This document shows positions 11,412 to 22,410 of a stretch of DNA of 64,000 nt, in pieces. The notes beneath the pieces were generated by a model, which was not told where the DNA came from, made no database searches, and saw only the letters and a list, made by a program, of their open reading frames with translations. The position numbers were made by a program, and so were the translations under genes. The stretch is from an uncultured Phycisphaerales bacterium (GTDB lineage Bacteria; Planctomycetota; Phycisphaerae; Tepidisphaerales; Tepidisphaeraceae): assembly GCA_963758525.1 (NCBI GenBank), contig CAVWVQ010000003.1, positions 3,040,001 through 3,104,000 of the forward strand, given 5' to 3'. Position 1 is the first letter of the stretch; each line of letters opens with the position of its first letter.

Positions 11412-11495
11412 GTCGAACCCTCGGTCGGTAAGCGTGTGGGGAATTCCGGTTGGACGGGAGCGGAGATCATCTCGCTTTAATCAATACTGAGTCAC

Positions 11496-12002
11496 TCATT
11501 GGGAAGACGGCATCACCTGAACCAACTTCCGGGTCGATCCGTCAGGGCAGACGGTCCTCTGCGCCTTCTCGTATTCCTTTGCCGTATTCGGCGTCAGCTT
11601 GATCCAGGCAGCGACGCCGGGTCGCTTCACCATCTCATGAAGTTCAACCCTTACGTATCCACGGCGTTCCAACGGCGCGCTTGCAATCTTCTGCCTGTCG
11701 TCCTCGTCGTATCCGGCGAGATAGCTCACAAAAGGCTTCCCATCATCGCATCGATAGACCTCGACGCGATACGCTAGCTTGCCGTTATGATCGAAGGGTG
11801 GAACATTGCCGGCATCGTCCTCGAACCATGTCTTTCCATCATCGTCGGAATAAAAGTCCTTCGCGGTGATGGACGGAAGATTCGCGCCGCTGTGGGAGAG
11901 TTGGCGCCAGATCAGCAGGACGCCGATCACAATCAGCGCGGCGGCGACAATCACCGCGGATGTCCCGTTTTTTGAAAGCAGTCTCCGGATATCCATCGCC
12001 AT
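11496..12002 (-). CDS. Small single-TM protein, prepilin partner copy 1
   Basis: N-terminal TM; FYSDDDGKTWF, VPPFDHNG, CDDG, VKRPG, CPDG shared with ORFs at 29201 and 33632. Confidence 0.85.
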   Translation of the reverse strand: MAMDIRRLLSKNGTSAVIVAAALIVIGVLLIWRQLSHSGANLPSITAKDFYSDDDGKTWFEDDAGNVPPFDHNGKLAYRVEVYRCDDGKPFVSYLAGYDEDDRQKIASAPLERRGYVRVELHEMVKRPGVAAWIKLTPNTAKEYEKAQRTVCPDGSTRKLVQVMPSSQ

Positions 12003-12050
12003 ATTCCCATAACCCAGGATCTGATTTGAATGGAATGATCAGCGTGTCCG

Positions 12051-12995
12051 TCAGGGTAATGTGTCTGGCAGTTCGTTCGTGCCGTACGGGATTCGGTTGT
12101 TGCCGAAAGAGCGTATTCCATAGTTGTTCGCGAAGTCGTAGTTCGCGGACTGGACCATGATGGACTGCTTGAATGGATTCAGTCCGTCGGCCTTTGTCTC
12201 CAAAAAGTCGATGGCTGCGCACGCCTCCCAGACCTGATTGTAACCGTTCGTACCCCAATTGCTCTGGATGTATTGGTACAACTCCCTGCTCTCGACAAAC
12301 TCGACGTGGCCGTCAGTGAAACCCATGTTCCACCCTGCTGATCCAGAGTTGTTCGTGTGAGTGATCGAGTCAGGCCACCAGATGCTGTCGATCACAAGTG
12401 CCCTGTTTCTGGGGAAGGCACTCAACTTTGTAAAGCGTGTTGCGCTGCCATTGGGTCCTGCCCGGAGGTGCGGATTATAAAAGTAACTGGAGACCGCGTT
12501 TGCAGGGGAAGCGGTTGCGCCGGATTGAGTGGAAGGACACCAAAGCCACGGCACATTGGTGTTTGCGCCGTCCACCACCCAGCCGCCGCTTAGATAGCCG
12601 AGCGACACCAACCGGCCAATATTAGCAGTGGTGATGTGCTGCGCCGCGTGGTTATCGTAGTTGTATGAATTGTACCAAGCCCAGGTCTGCGTCCCCAGAG
12701 AACCGATGTCGCCCCAGCCATTGAAGTTGGGGCCTTCCGGACTCGCTTCATTTCGCCATCGCTCAGGCAACCCGCCCTTGTAGTCCAGCGCGTAAGTGAG
12801 GCTGGCCGTTACGATCTGGCGCAAATTGCTTGCACAGGTGATCTGTTGCGCGCTGCGCCGCGCATTGGATAGCGCCGGAAGAAGAATAGAGATGAGCAGC
12901 GCGATGATTCCAATGACGAAAAGCAGTTCGACCAGCGTAAATCCGGTTCGGGATGGTTTTCCGGGTGAAAAACTGAGTCTGCCATCGGCTTTCAT
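12051..12995 (-). CDS. Prepilin-type N-methylation protein (DUF1559/H-X9-DG type)
   Basis: [38 protein letters not shown]-terminal H...NMGFTDGHV. Confidence 0.92.
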   Translation of the reverse strand: MKADGRLSFSPGKPSRTGFTLVELLFVIGIIALLISILLPALSNARRSAQQITCASNLRQIVTASLTYALDYKGGLPERWRNEASPEGPNFNGWGDIGSLGTQTWAWYNSYNYDNHAAQHITTANIGRLVSLGYLSGGWVVDGANTNVPWLWCPSTQSGATASPANAVSSYFYNPHLRAGPNGSATRFTKLSAFPRNRALVIDSIWWPDSITHTNNSGSAGWNMGFTDGHVEFVESRELYQYIQSNWGTNGYNQVWEACAAIDFLETKADGLNPFKQSIMVQSANYDFANNYGIRSFGNNRIPYGTNELPDTLP

Positions 12996-13040
12996 AAAAC
13001 CTCCAGTTCAAGTCATGTCGCTGGCGCATCTTCGCATTCA

Positions 13041-14693
13041 TCAGGGCGTTAGGCGACTAGTTGTCTTCAAAACGGCGTCGGCCAGCATTGTTCCTTCCAT
13101 CAGGCCCCGCCCCGCTTCGGTGATGGCAACGGTGAGGAACCGGTCATCGGGCCGCAGCGCCGCCTCGATCGGAAATGCGCCGTTCACACTCGAGAACGTC
13201 TTCTGGAAGCGCGCTTGGCCATCGACGATGAGGTACAAATTCCCCCTCGGCTGTTTTGAAGCCTCCGGGAAAATGCTGCTTACCAGGCAATGGAAGCTCG
13301 CCAGTGCAATACCTGGGTGCAATCGGCGAATCGCCGCCAGATCCAGGGTCAGGCCGCGGTTGGTAACCATGTAAAGCACGCTGTGCTCCGGGCCGGCGTA
13401 TCGATTCAGCAGCGGCGCGCTCTTGCCCGACAGCGACGGAATGCGCCCGCCGGTACAGATGTTCTGCACGCTCCTGTTGCTGGTGCTGCGGAATGCGAAC
13501 GTATGCAAAGCCGAATCGACCTGTACCGGCCCGTGAGTTCCGTCAGGAATGAAACACCCATCAAGGATCGGCGTGCCGGTGATCCGGTGATAGATGTTGT
13601 CGCCCGCGACATCCCCCACCTGCTCGAACACCCCCACGTGACCCATCGAATCGATGTCCATTCCGCGCCGCCGGGTGGTGCCGTCGCCGCCCGAGATCAG
13701 GTCGACAACGTCCAACGTGGTCGGCTCATCACTCAAATTTCGGACGAATCGTTGCGGCTGCACACCGGCGGGATCGATCTTCAAATCGGTCCCCGTTGCA
13801 TTGGCAGCCTGACCTTCAGTCAGCACCAGAGTGGCTGACGAATTGCCAATTCGCGGCTCAACGCGCACACTTCCCTTGAAGACCTCGATCGCGTCGGATC
13901 CGTCGGCGCTGACCTCCACGCCAAATTCCGTACCCAGATCGACGACTCGCGTGATAGCTGTTTCAACTGCGAAACCGACAGCGGCGGGCGGCACTTTCGC
14001 CGTAAGCTGACCTGCAGTCAGCTCGACAGCGTTGGCGGCCCGGACTTGGAACCGCGCCGGCGCCTCAACGACCATCGTGGCGCCGGTGTCGAATTTGATC
14101 TCGGCGACACCGCTTTCCAGAACCAGCGGCGTTGCGGGCAGTCGTTGGTCCGCCTGAAGCGCGCCGGTCGTGCCGCTCCATTGTGCATTGACACTTGATG
14201 CGACGGTCGCGAAGGAGCGCGGCCGGGCAATCTGCCAATAAATCGCAAGACCAGCCAGCAGTGGGATCATGATCGAGGCGGCCCAGAGCCAGCGGGATCG
14301 AAGGATGCGAAGTGATCGTGCCGGCGGCACGATAACGGTAGCCGCCGGCAGCGCCGACTGAGTTTCGTCACGTTCGGGCTCAGGATTCAGCGCCGGTAGA
14401 ATCATCGACTCATTGAAATCAACACGTCGCGGCCATTCCGGCAAGTCATCTAGCTTGGTTTGGTCCCCCGCGGGGCCACTGCCGGTGCTGGCGCCTTCCG
14501 AAACCGCTTCAATCAGGGCCGACCCGGTGAGACATAATCGAACAAATGCCGCGCGCTTGGCGGGATCTGTTCTGAGCTGCGCCTGGAGCTTCTCAACGCC
14601 ATCCGTGCCAAGTTCGCCCTCCAGGTAGCAAAGCGACAAGCGCAGGAACTCGGGGTCTGCTTCCGAGAGACGGGCGGGGGGCTGTTTAGACAT
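13041..14693 (-). CDS. FecR-family anti-sigma factor with C-terminal NPCBM/NEW2-like domain
   Basis: N-terminal anti-sigma helix, TM, FecR core (VVDLGTEFGV, EVFKGSV), C-terminal LDLAAIR...DRFLTVAITE; overlaps the sigma stop codon. Confidence 0.88.
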   Translation of the reverse strand: MSKQPPARLSEADPEFLRLSLCYLEGELGTDGVEKLQAQLRTDPAKRAAFVRLCLTGSALIEAVSEGASTGSGPAGDQTKLDDLPEWPRRVDFNESMILPALNPEPERDETQSALPAATVIVPPARSLRILRSRWLWAASIMIPLLAGLAIYWQIARPRSFATVASSVNAQWSGTTGALQADQRLPATPLVLESGVAEIKFDTGATMVVEAPARFQVRAANAVELTAGQLTAKVPPAAVGFAVETAITRVVDLGTEFGVEVSADGSDAIEVFKGSVRVEPRIGNSSATLVLTEGQAANATGTDLKIDPAGVQPQRFVRNLSDEPTTLDVVDLISGGDGTTRRRGMDIDSMGHVGVFEQVGDVAGDNIYHRITGTPILDGCFIPDGTHGPVQVDSALHTFAFRSTSNRSVQNICTGGRIPSLSGKSAPLLNRYAGPEHSVLYMVTNRGLTLDLAAIRRLHPGIALASFHCLVSSIFPEASKQPRGNLYLIVDGQARFQKTFSSVNGAFPIEAALRPDDRFLTVAITEAGRGLMEGTMLADAVLKTTSRLTP

Positions 14694-15210
14694 GCTCTCC
14701 ACCTTTCAGTGCGATCTGTCTGGAAACGCAATCAGCCAGCACCGCGTAAATCCGGCTGAATGTCGTGTAGAGACTCACCACCGGGCGATTTAACTCCTTT
14801 GCCAGATCGGCGTACTTGGCCTTTTCAGTATATCGTCGGTGGATGAGGCCACGCGCGTTGGGAGGGAGTCTGTCCACGCACCGCCGCATGGCGGCGGCCA
14901 TCAGCTCACTGTCGTCCTGATCGTGTCCCTCCCATTCCACTTCCAGGGCTTCCATGAGATCGTCGTCGAGCGAAAGATGGCGCTGCCCCTGTTGGCGAAG
15001 CACGTTCAACGCCCGCAGTCGGGCCGCGGTCCGCAGCCAGTTGAGAAAATGTCCCTCATCGCGAATGCTGTCGCGCTTTTCGATCGCCAGCACGCAGATG
15101 TCCTGAAAGACGTCCTCCGCCAGCTCGTAGCGCCGGACCATCGACCGGATAAAGGCCAGGACCTTCACCCGCTCGGAAACCAGAAGTCGAACTAGCTGGT
15201 CCTCTTTCAT
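14686..15210 (-). CDS. ECF sigma-70 factor (divergon 1)
   Basis: AEDVFQD, FLNWLRTAAR (region 2); CVDRLPPNARGLI...LADCV (region 4). An upstream TTG start (15252) is possible. Confidence 0.92.
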   Translation of the reverse strand: MKEDQLVRLLVSERVKVLAFIRSMVRRYELAEDVFQDICVLAIEKRDSIRDEGHFLNWLRTAARLRALNVLRQQGQRHLSLDDDLMEALEVEWEGHDQDDSELMAAAMRRCVDRLPPNARGLIHRRYTEKAKYADLAKELNRPVVSLYTTFSRIYAVLADCVSRQIALKGGEHV

Positions 15211-15264
15211 CGTGGGCGCATGTGAAGGGCCATTCGAGACGGAACGCAACAACCCCTATCAGTA

Positions 15265-15292
15265 GACTGTCGCAGGCCGGCAAATCAAAACA
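15265..15292 (-). promoter_or_regulatory. Candidate ECF promoter motif A upstream of sigma 1
   Basis: Minus strand TGTTttGaTTTgcCGGCcTGCGACAGTC; 22/28 ungapped match to 15513-15540. Confidence 0.6.
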
Positions 15293-15345
15293 CCAGAGCG
15301 GATTTTTGTGGGCGTGCGCGAATATCCGGAGGGATGCCATTTGAC

Positions 15346-15415
15346 TCTGTAGCCGGGGGCGCTGACCCCGGAATTCTCCTCCACGATGTTCCGGCGTCAG
15401 CGTCGCCGCTACAGA
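15346..15415. repeat. Imperfect GTAG-class REP doublet
   Basis: tctgtagccgggggcgctgaccccgg ... ccggcgtcagcgtcgccgctacaga. Confidence 0.6.
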
Positions 15416-15512
15416 AGAGGGATTCAACCCCGGTTCACCGGAAAAACGCGCACGCCCATAGCGTCGCAGTTCCTCTATGTTCTCACGGTTTGAAAGGGGT
15501 TCCTCTTTTTTT

Positions 15513-15540
15513 TGTTGAGTTTTTACGGCATGCGACAGTC
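15513..15540 (+). promoter_or_regulatory. Candidate ECF promoter motif A upstream of PEP-CTERM gene 1
   Basis: TGTTgaGtTTTtaCGGCaTGCGACAGTC, divergent partner of 15265-15292. Confidence 0.6.
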
Positions 15541-15598
15541 ATCAATAGGAGGCGGTCTGACACCGTGTCGGAGAACGTTCTGAGCAGGCCCCTGGGCG

Positions 15599-15637
15599 TG
15601 TGACAGTTTGGCCATGCCGCGCAGATATCCCATTGAA
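15599..15637 (+). promoter_or_regulatory. Candidate ECF promoter motif B upstream of PEP-CTERM gene 1
   Basis: tgtgacagtttggccatgccgcgcagatatcccattgaa, 36/39 identical to 38242-38280. Confidence 0.6.
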
Positions 15638-15787
15638 GGCCAGAGGTGGCGGATCTCGGTCCGTATGGAGCGCGGAGCATTAGACGTAACGACACCGCGC
15701 CCGTGGCCGGCAGGTGAGCGGCTGGAACGCCCGCACAAGACGGAATGGATGCGCCTGCCTTATGGCGGGGCGACTGGAGAGAGGATC

Positions 15788-18700
15788 ATGACGAATAATC
15801 GCGCAGCTTCGATATCTGCAACCCGCATATCTCCCAAATCACGGAGTCACCGGCAATTAGAAGTCCGACGCCGGCGACTGACTCGCGCTTGTGCGGCCGT
15901 TCTTACCGCTGTCGGAGCGACGGCTGCCTTCAGTCCCGCGATTTGGGCTGCAAATACGGCTTACACAATTCCGGCAGGTTCTTCCGGTAACTTCAGCGCG
16001 GTCACACTCACACCTTCGGGGACGCCCGGCCAGGGCGACCTGTTGATGGATTCGGCAGCCACCACTCCAGCAAGCTTCACTTTGACGCTAGATGAGAACC
16101 TTACCGTCGGCACAATCAAGTTAAACGCTAGCGGCGGCCACACCGGCACTTTCACCTCGGACGGCACGCACGTTTTCACGCTGGACAACACTGGCGGTAC
16201 CGCTACAAACATCTTCGGCGATACGAACGCCTCCATCGGCGAAAACGCCAACTCCGGTGTGTTGACGGTCGGGCCCAACATCGTGATTGCCAACACGAAC
16301 CTCGACATTGGTTCCCCACAGAAGGGTACCGTCTCGATCACCGGGAATATCACTGCATCGACGGCGCAAACTCTCAATCTGGAAAACAACCAGACAACGG
16401 GCACCACAACAATTGACGCAATCTCCGGAAATATTGGGGCATCCGGCAGCGCCATTGCCATCGTTGATGCCTCCACCGGTAGCTCCTTTGCAAATTTCAA
16501 CCTCACCACCGGCACCATCGGCGGTGCCTCTGGAACCGGGGCGGCTGTCACCATCACCAACCAGGCCACCGGCGCTTCGCCGTTCGCTATCTCTTCCACG
16601 CTCGGTGCCACGGTGTCGAGCATCACGCAAAACAGCACCAACTCGATCATGACCATTTCTGGAACCAACTCCAGCTTCACCGGCACGACGAGCATCCAGG
16701 CAGGTACGCTGACCCTGGGCAGCACCACGGCACTGGGGAATTCGGCCGTGAAGTTAGCCAACACAAGCGGTGCGACCCTCAACCTGACCTCTTCCACGAC
16801 GATCGGTTCGCTCGCGGGCGGCGGCACGACGGGGGGAAACGTGACCCTGAATGCGAATACTCTGTCGGTGGGCAGCAACAACACCAGTACATCCTACGCC
16901 GGCGTGATCTCGGGAACCGGCGGCCTGACCAAGATCGGTTCTGGTGTGTTGACACTTACCGGCGCGAACAGTTATCCAGGCTCGACAACGGTAAACGCGG
17001 GCACGCTGAAGCTCGACTTCACCGCTTCGGGCGCACCGACGACCAATATCATCAATAACACCCCCCTGAACCTCGGCGGCGGCACGTTAAGCGTGGTCGG
17101 AAATAGCGCCTCCAGCACTCAGTCGTTCGGGAGCTGGGCGGTCGCAGCAGGAGCTTCCACGATCTCGGCCACCGGCTCGGCCTCGGTTTCGTTGGCGACG
17201 ATCACGCTCACGGCTGGGGCCGGTGTAGTCTTTAGCGGCCCACTTACCACTACTTATGCAACTAATGGGTCCGGCGTCATCACTCCCACAACTGTCAATG
17301 CAACCGGTACCATTACCACCAGCTCGACCGGCCTAACTGCTGCAGTAGCGTCCGGCGGAGGACTTCTCGCGGGCGGTAATAACACGAACAACTATGCAAC
17401 CGTCGGGCTCTATGATTGGGCCTCCACGGACACGGCCGCCGGCGCTGCGGGGAGCACGATTATCGGAGGCTCGCAAGTCAGCGGGTTTTATACAGTTCCT
17501 GGAAACAATGCAGGGAATACCTTTACAACCCCGAACTTGGATATCGCTACGCAACAAGCTCCAACGCTCAACGGGACGAGTGATGTTCGAATCAGTGGTG
17601 GCAATGCAGTGGTTGACTCAATCCGGTTTAATAGCGGACATGCGCCGTATATTACGGTGAGTAACACTCTTGCCACCGGTGGCGTTTTAGTGACGCCCAA
17701 TATGGGTCAGGTGAATGCCGGCATCGACCAGATACGACTGAACGGCGCAGTGAGTACTCAAATCGTGCAGAACAATACCTTGGGCGTATTCGTGCTGGGG
17801 CTGAACGGCAAATCAGACTTCGCCACTGGAAACGCCGGTGATTCGGTGGTGATCTCGGGTTCCGGCGCGGTATTCCTGAATCCCGTCGCGGGGACGGGCA
17901 TCAAATTCAATTATCTCAGTTCAAGTGGTGTGCTGACAAATTCCAGTTCGGGCGTCTACGACTCGGCCCAAATCAACAGCGCGGCGCAGGGACCAACTTA
18001 TATCAATGGCGGCGTCACGGTGATCAATACTGGCGCCGCGCTCTCCAATCCGGCCACCGTTGGAACAACGGGGGGTAGCGTAGGTTCAGTCAATCTGAAT
18101 GGAGGCACACTTATGGGTGCCATTAATAGTTTCAGCCTCATCAGCGCAGGAACAAATGTTGGCAACCGAGCAGTGTTCCTGGGGAGCAATGGTGGTGGAC
18201 TAGCGGCGCAATTCGGCACTACTCTGACGATTCCTGGCGTAATCAGCGGAGCCGCGGGCAGCGGACCGCTCACAATTGGTATTGCCGGCTCCACGGCGAA
18301 CGGCAATGTGGCTGGTTTGGTACCAGGCACCGGAACTGGCACGGCTAACCCGGCGTTTAGCGCCACCGGAACCGTCCTATTGAACAACGCGAATACGTTT
18401 GCAGGTGGTACAACGATCATGACCGGCACACTGCGGACGGCCAACGCGAGCACTCTGGGAAGCGGAACTGTTGCAATCAACAGCACAGCCACCCTGGCAG
18501 TCGGCGCCGATGCCAGCACGGTCGGGAATCTCACAACCGGTGGCCAGACATGGAATACCGGCGGCACGTACACAGCGAAAATTGTTGCAGCCGGGACCGG
18601 CTCCAGCGGCACGCCGACCGCGCAGGCTGGTGGCACGAATTGGGACTTGATCAATATGTCCGGGCTGACGGTCGCATCGACCAATGGCAGCCCCTTCACG

Positions 18701-19078
18701 ATCACGTTGACCGCTCCCAGCGCGACAGGTGGTTTCACAAAGACACTGAATTATGACTGGGTGATTGCCAGCGTGGGAAGTGCGTCGGGGATCTCCAATG
18801 GGACCCTCGCCACAGCCAGCAACACCGGCAATCCCGGGACGTCCGGATTGTTCACCCTGGACACCAGCAACTTCGTCACCGCAAACGGCGGCTCGTTTCC
18901 GATCGCATCGAGCTTCTCGCTCCAGCTTGATGGCCTCAGCGGAAGCCAAACGTTGGATGTCGTCTACAATGCTACCCCCGAGCCCGGGACAGCACTGCTG
19001 GTTCTCGGCGGAGCGCTACCGATGATCTTGGGTCGTCGACGACGAGCAAAACGGATCGAGAACGCAGCAAATGCGTGA
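15788..19078 (+). CDS. PEP-CTERM surface protein 1 with autotransporter-associated beta-strand repeats
   Basis: ATG at 15788 after GGAGAGAGG; long Arg-rich signal; GGLTKIGSGVLTLTGANSY repeats; C-terminal ATPEPGTALLVLGGALPMILGRRRR. Confidence 0.92.
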   Translation: MTNNRAASISATRISPKSRSHRQLEVRRRRLTRACAAVLTAVGATAAFSPAIWAANTAYTIPAGSSGNFSAVTLTPSGTPGQGDLLMDSAATTPASFTLTLDENLTVGTIKLNASGGHTGTFTSDGTHVFTLDNTGGTATNIFGDTNASIGENANSGVLTVGPNIVIANTNLDIGSPQKGTVSITGNITASTAQTLNLENNQTTGTTTIDAISGNIGASGSAIAIVDASTGSSFANFNLTTGTIGGASGTGAAVTITNQATGASPFAISSTLGATVSSITQNSTNSIMTISGTNSSFTGTTSIQAGTLTLGSTTALGNSAVKLANTSGATLNLTSSTTIGSLAGGGTTGGNVTLNANTLSVGSNNTSTSYAGVISGTGGLTKIGSGVLTLTGANSYPGSTTVNAGTLKLDFTASGAPTTNIINNTPLNLGGGTLSVVGNSASSTQSFGSWAVAAGASTISATGSASVSLATITLTAGAGVVFSGPLTTTYATNGSGVITPTTVNATGTITTSSTGLTAAVASGGGLLAGGNNTNNYATVGLYDWASTDTAAGAAGSTIIGGSQVSGFYTVPGNNAGNTFTTPNLDIATQQAPTLNGTSDVRISGGNAVVDSIRFNSGHAPYITVSNTLATGGVLVTPNMGQVNAGIDQIRLNGAVSTQIVQNNTLGVFVLGLNGKSDFATGNAGDSVVISGSGAVFLNPVAGTGIKFNYLSSSGVLTNSSSGVYDSAQINSAAQGPTYINGGVTVINTGAALSNPATVGTTGGSVGSVNLNGGTLMGAINSFSLISAGTNVGNRAVFLGSNGGGLAAQFGTTLTIPGVISGAAGSGPLTIGIAGSTANGNVAGLVPGTGTGTANPAFSATGTVLLNNANTFAGGTTIMTGTLRTANASTLGSGTVAINSTATLAVGADASTVGNLTTGGQTWNTGGTYTAKIVAAGTGSSGTPTAQAGGTNWDLINMSGLTVASTNGSPFTITLTAPSATGGFTKTLNYDWVIASVGSASGISNGTLATASNTGNPGTSGLFTLDTSNFVTANGGSFPIASSFSLQLDGLSGSQTLDVVYNATPEPGTALLVLGGALPMILGRRRRAKRIENAANA

Positions 19079-19125
19079 CCGATGCTAGACGCAAAGATCG
19101 TCAGGGTGCGTGACGCCGCATTGAA

Positions 19126-19311
19126 GTGGCATGGGCATCCTGCCCATGGCCGCGGTACCCGCGGCGTTGGCCGGTACTCCGGCCAAACAAGCAGGAGCGC
19201 AGCGATCTTTTTGCTCTCAAAAGTAGAGGACGCTCCGCTCGGGCGTGTTCGACCGGAGTACCGGCCGATGTCGCGGTGTACCGCGACCATGGCGCAAGAT
19301 GCCCATGACAC
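19126..19311. repeat. 186-bp REPIN/MITE-like palindrome, copy 1
   Basis: Ends gtggcatgggcatcctgcccatgg / ccatggcgcaagatgcccatgacac with long complementary arms; homologous to 44053-44238. Confidence 0.85.
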
Positions 19312-19557
19312 CGTTTGTGCCGCCGAATCCGTCACGCACCCAGATCGTCAAGCCATAGAATGAAACTCAAGCTTACTGCCGACGTAGCGTTTCGGCCGGC
19401 AGGGCCGGCATCCTCGCGGGGTATTTGTTCGTCGTGACCTGCCCGCCGGCGCGCGCGGCGTTCGGACTCACTTCGGACACCGGCCATTATTCCCGCGATA
19501 CTGGAGCCGGCCTGGCCTTCAAGATCGACCGGCTCAACTGATGTATCGCCAATTCCA

Positions 19558-22222
19558 ATGAAACTTCGCATCCTATCAATCGTCGCCTGCGTCGCCCTGC
19601 ACTTGAGCGGCGCGTTCAGCTCGGGCAATGTCGCCGGGGGTGTTCGGGACGGGGGGAAGCCGGTCACGGTGACATCCGACGCCAAGACGATGACCCTGAG
19701 CAACGGGATCGTTTCGATCGTCTGCGATAAGGCATCTCCCGCCGTCCCCCGGATCAACTACACGTACGACAACGGTGCGGGAGAGACGACGTTGCCGCTG
19801 CTTGCAGGCGGAAAGCGCGGTGGAGAGTTTTACTGGGAACTGGGAGGAGTCGGGGGTGGGCCCTTCCAGTGCGAGACCGTGGTGAATCCCGCGATCGGCG
19901 ATTCGGCGCACCTCAAGGGAGAGTATGCGGAAATCGCGCTTTTGGGCCCGTCGCCATCGTCCGGAGTCGCGGAGATTCACTACTCGATGCTGAGGGGATC
20001 GCCGGGGTTTTACATCACGCTCATCCTCAAACACCGCAAGGCGGATCAGGCGATGGGGCTGGGAGAGATTCGCACCAACGTCTATCTGTCGCCGACGTTC
20101 ACGTGGCAGAGCGTCGACCAGGAACGGAGCCATCAATACAACATCGGCGGGCAGTCAGCGGGCGTGGCAGGCGCGCCCAAGGAATGCACCCGCTGGACAT
20201 CGGGCTTTGCGGCCGGCCAGATTGAAGACAAATACAAGTGGAGCGCGCATGTCGGCGAAGAGCGGGCGTGGGGCTGGAGCAGCGTGACCAATGAGCCGGC
20301 CGGCTTCAAGGGGCACAACGTGGGCGTGTGGAACGTCCTGGGAAGCGCGGAATTCTACGCCGGCGGACCGCTCAAATCCGATCTCATGGACGCGCCGATG
20401 GTGAACATGTTCAACAGCAGCCATTACCAGATGGGCCTGGACACTAAATGCGACGCCGGTGAGGAGTGGACAAAGAGCTACGGACCGTACTTTTTCTATT
20501 GCAACAATATTGCCGCCAACGTGTCCAATGCGAGCAAAGCGGCGGCCGCTCTGTTTGCCGATGCCCAAGCGCAGGCCGCGGCCGAGCGATCGGCATGGCC
20601 CTACAAGTGGTTCGTGAACCCGGCGTACATTCCCGCATCGGGCCGTGGGACGATCAAGGGCAGAATCGAGATCGAAGATCGATTCAATCCCAACGCTGCA
20701 CCCGCGGACCTGTGGGTCGGCGTCGCGCGCAAGCCGCGCTCGACGGACGGCGTCGTCGATTTTCAGCAATGGGCCAAGCCATATCAATTCTGGGTGAAGA
20801 CCGACGCAAATGGAAATTTTGTAATTCCTGGTGTCATCGCTGATGACGATTACACGCTCTTCGCCTTCGGCCCTGGCGCGGCGGGAACTTTTCAATCACA
20901 ATCTCTCGGCGACGCCGCGCCGGGCATGATCGATATTCCAATTTCACCGTTCAGCGTGAAAGTGACCGGGGGCGGCACGCGGGATCTCGGCGTTGTCAAA
21001 TGGACGCCTGCGCGCGTGGGCCCCACGGTCTTTGAGATCGGAGTTCCTGACCGAACGGCCCGCGAATTTCGCCACGGCGACGACTATTGGCGAACGGACA
21101 CGAGCCCTGATCCCGCCGCGCCAAATCCTGTGTGGAGCGGCTTCCTCCAGTACCGCTTCGATTTTCCCGCTGGTCCTCATTACACGGTCGGGAAGAGTCG
21201 CTGGGCCACCGACTGGAACTTCATTCAGCCGGTGGTCCCCGATGCTCAGGGCAACTATGGGGGATCGATGTCAACGATCACCTTCAATCTTGCCCGGGCG
21301 CCGCGGCCGGATGCCAAGGCTTCGTTGTACCTCGCGATTGCATCGGACTACATGGGCCCGTTGGTGATCCGCCTGAATGATACCGATATCGCTGGCGCGC
21401 GCGGATTTGTGCCACATTATTCCAAGAGCGACACGAGTATTCGCGAAGAGATCAATGGAGCATTCTCGGATATTCGCTTCACGATTCCCGTGACACTGCT
21501 GAAAAAAGGTCCTAACACGATCACCTTCGACATGCGCAGAGGCGGATATTTCGCCAATCATGCGATGTATGACTACATCCGTTCTCGAACTCACCGGCTA
21601 TGTGCCGCCTGCCCCGGCGGAGGTCATCGCCTACCCGGGCAGCGGTTGCGCGCTCGTGCGCTGGCCCGTGGTTCCAGGCGCCACCAGCTACAATATTCTC
21701 CGTGGAACAGGCGACAGCGGCGCGCATTCCGTTCTGGCCTCCGGCGTCACAGGTCCGGTGTGCGGCAGCGGTCCGACGCACACCAGCTATGTCGACACTG
21801 CTGCATCCAACAGCGGCATCTACACGTATGCCGTGCAGTCCGTCAATACGGTTGGCGCCAGCGGGGATTCCCCAGCCAGCGCGAAGGTGACTCCATCCGC
21901 ATCCGCGGCAACCACTGCGCCGCTCGCGCCGCAAGCAGCGGTGGCTGTCGCAGGGGATCATTCCGTCACGCTCACCTGGAAGCCCTCGGCAGGCGCCAAC
22001 TGCTATACCATCCGACGCTCAATTCTGGTCAGCGACGGCGGCGGCGCTTCGATTCCCCTTCCAGCCATAACTCTCGCCAATGGTGTAGTCGAAACAACCT
22101 TCACCGACGCCAGCTGCACGAACAACACGACTTACGGCTACGCCCTCTCCGCGTCAAACGCCGCCGGCACGAGTGCCGATTGCAGCGAGGTGGTTGCCAC
22201 TACCAATCGGCAAGCGCGGTAA
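19558..22222 (+). CDS. Rhamnogalacturonan lyase (PL4-like) with C-terminal FN3 domains; frameshift near 21585
   Basis: EDKYKWS, YQFWVKTDANGNFVI, FEIGVPDRTAREF, DWNFIQP, MYDYIR(LEL); FN3 modules (GATSYNILRG, VTLTWKPSAGA) in the 21560..22222 frame. Confidence 0.85.
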
Positions 22223-22232
22223 GTCACCTGAT

Positions 22233-22333
22233 GGGAACCTAACGGGACAGGGAACCTAAATGGACAGGTCCGATTGTTTCGAAATCAGATGGGGGAACCT
22301 AGCGGGATAGGCCAGTCGTTCTGAAATCACATG
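22233..22333 (+). repeat. Short degenerate direct repeats between convergent genes
   Basis: gggaaccta-(acgggaca/aatggaca/gcgggata)-gg at 22233, 22250 and 22293; gaaatca(g/c)atg twice. Confidence 0.5.
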
Positions 22334-22410
22334 TGCGCCGGTGTCCATTGGTCGCGTACCAAGACAAGCTCGCGAGGGGCCTGGGGATTGATCGCGGCGA
22401 GGAAGGGAAC

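Noticed and set aside
15608..15787. Longer N-terminus of PEP-CTERM 1 given in the ORF track
   Set aside because: It overlaps the conserved promoter/leader; the RBS and alignment with paralogue 2 point to ATG 15788.
22233..22333. Direct repeats as a CRISPR array
   Set aside because: Short, degenerate and irregularly spaced, with no unique spacers of constant length and no cas genes.
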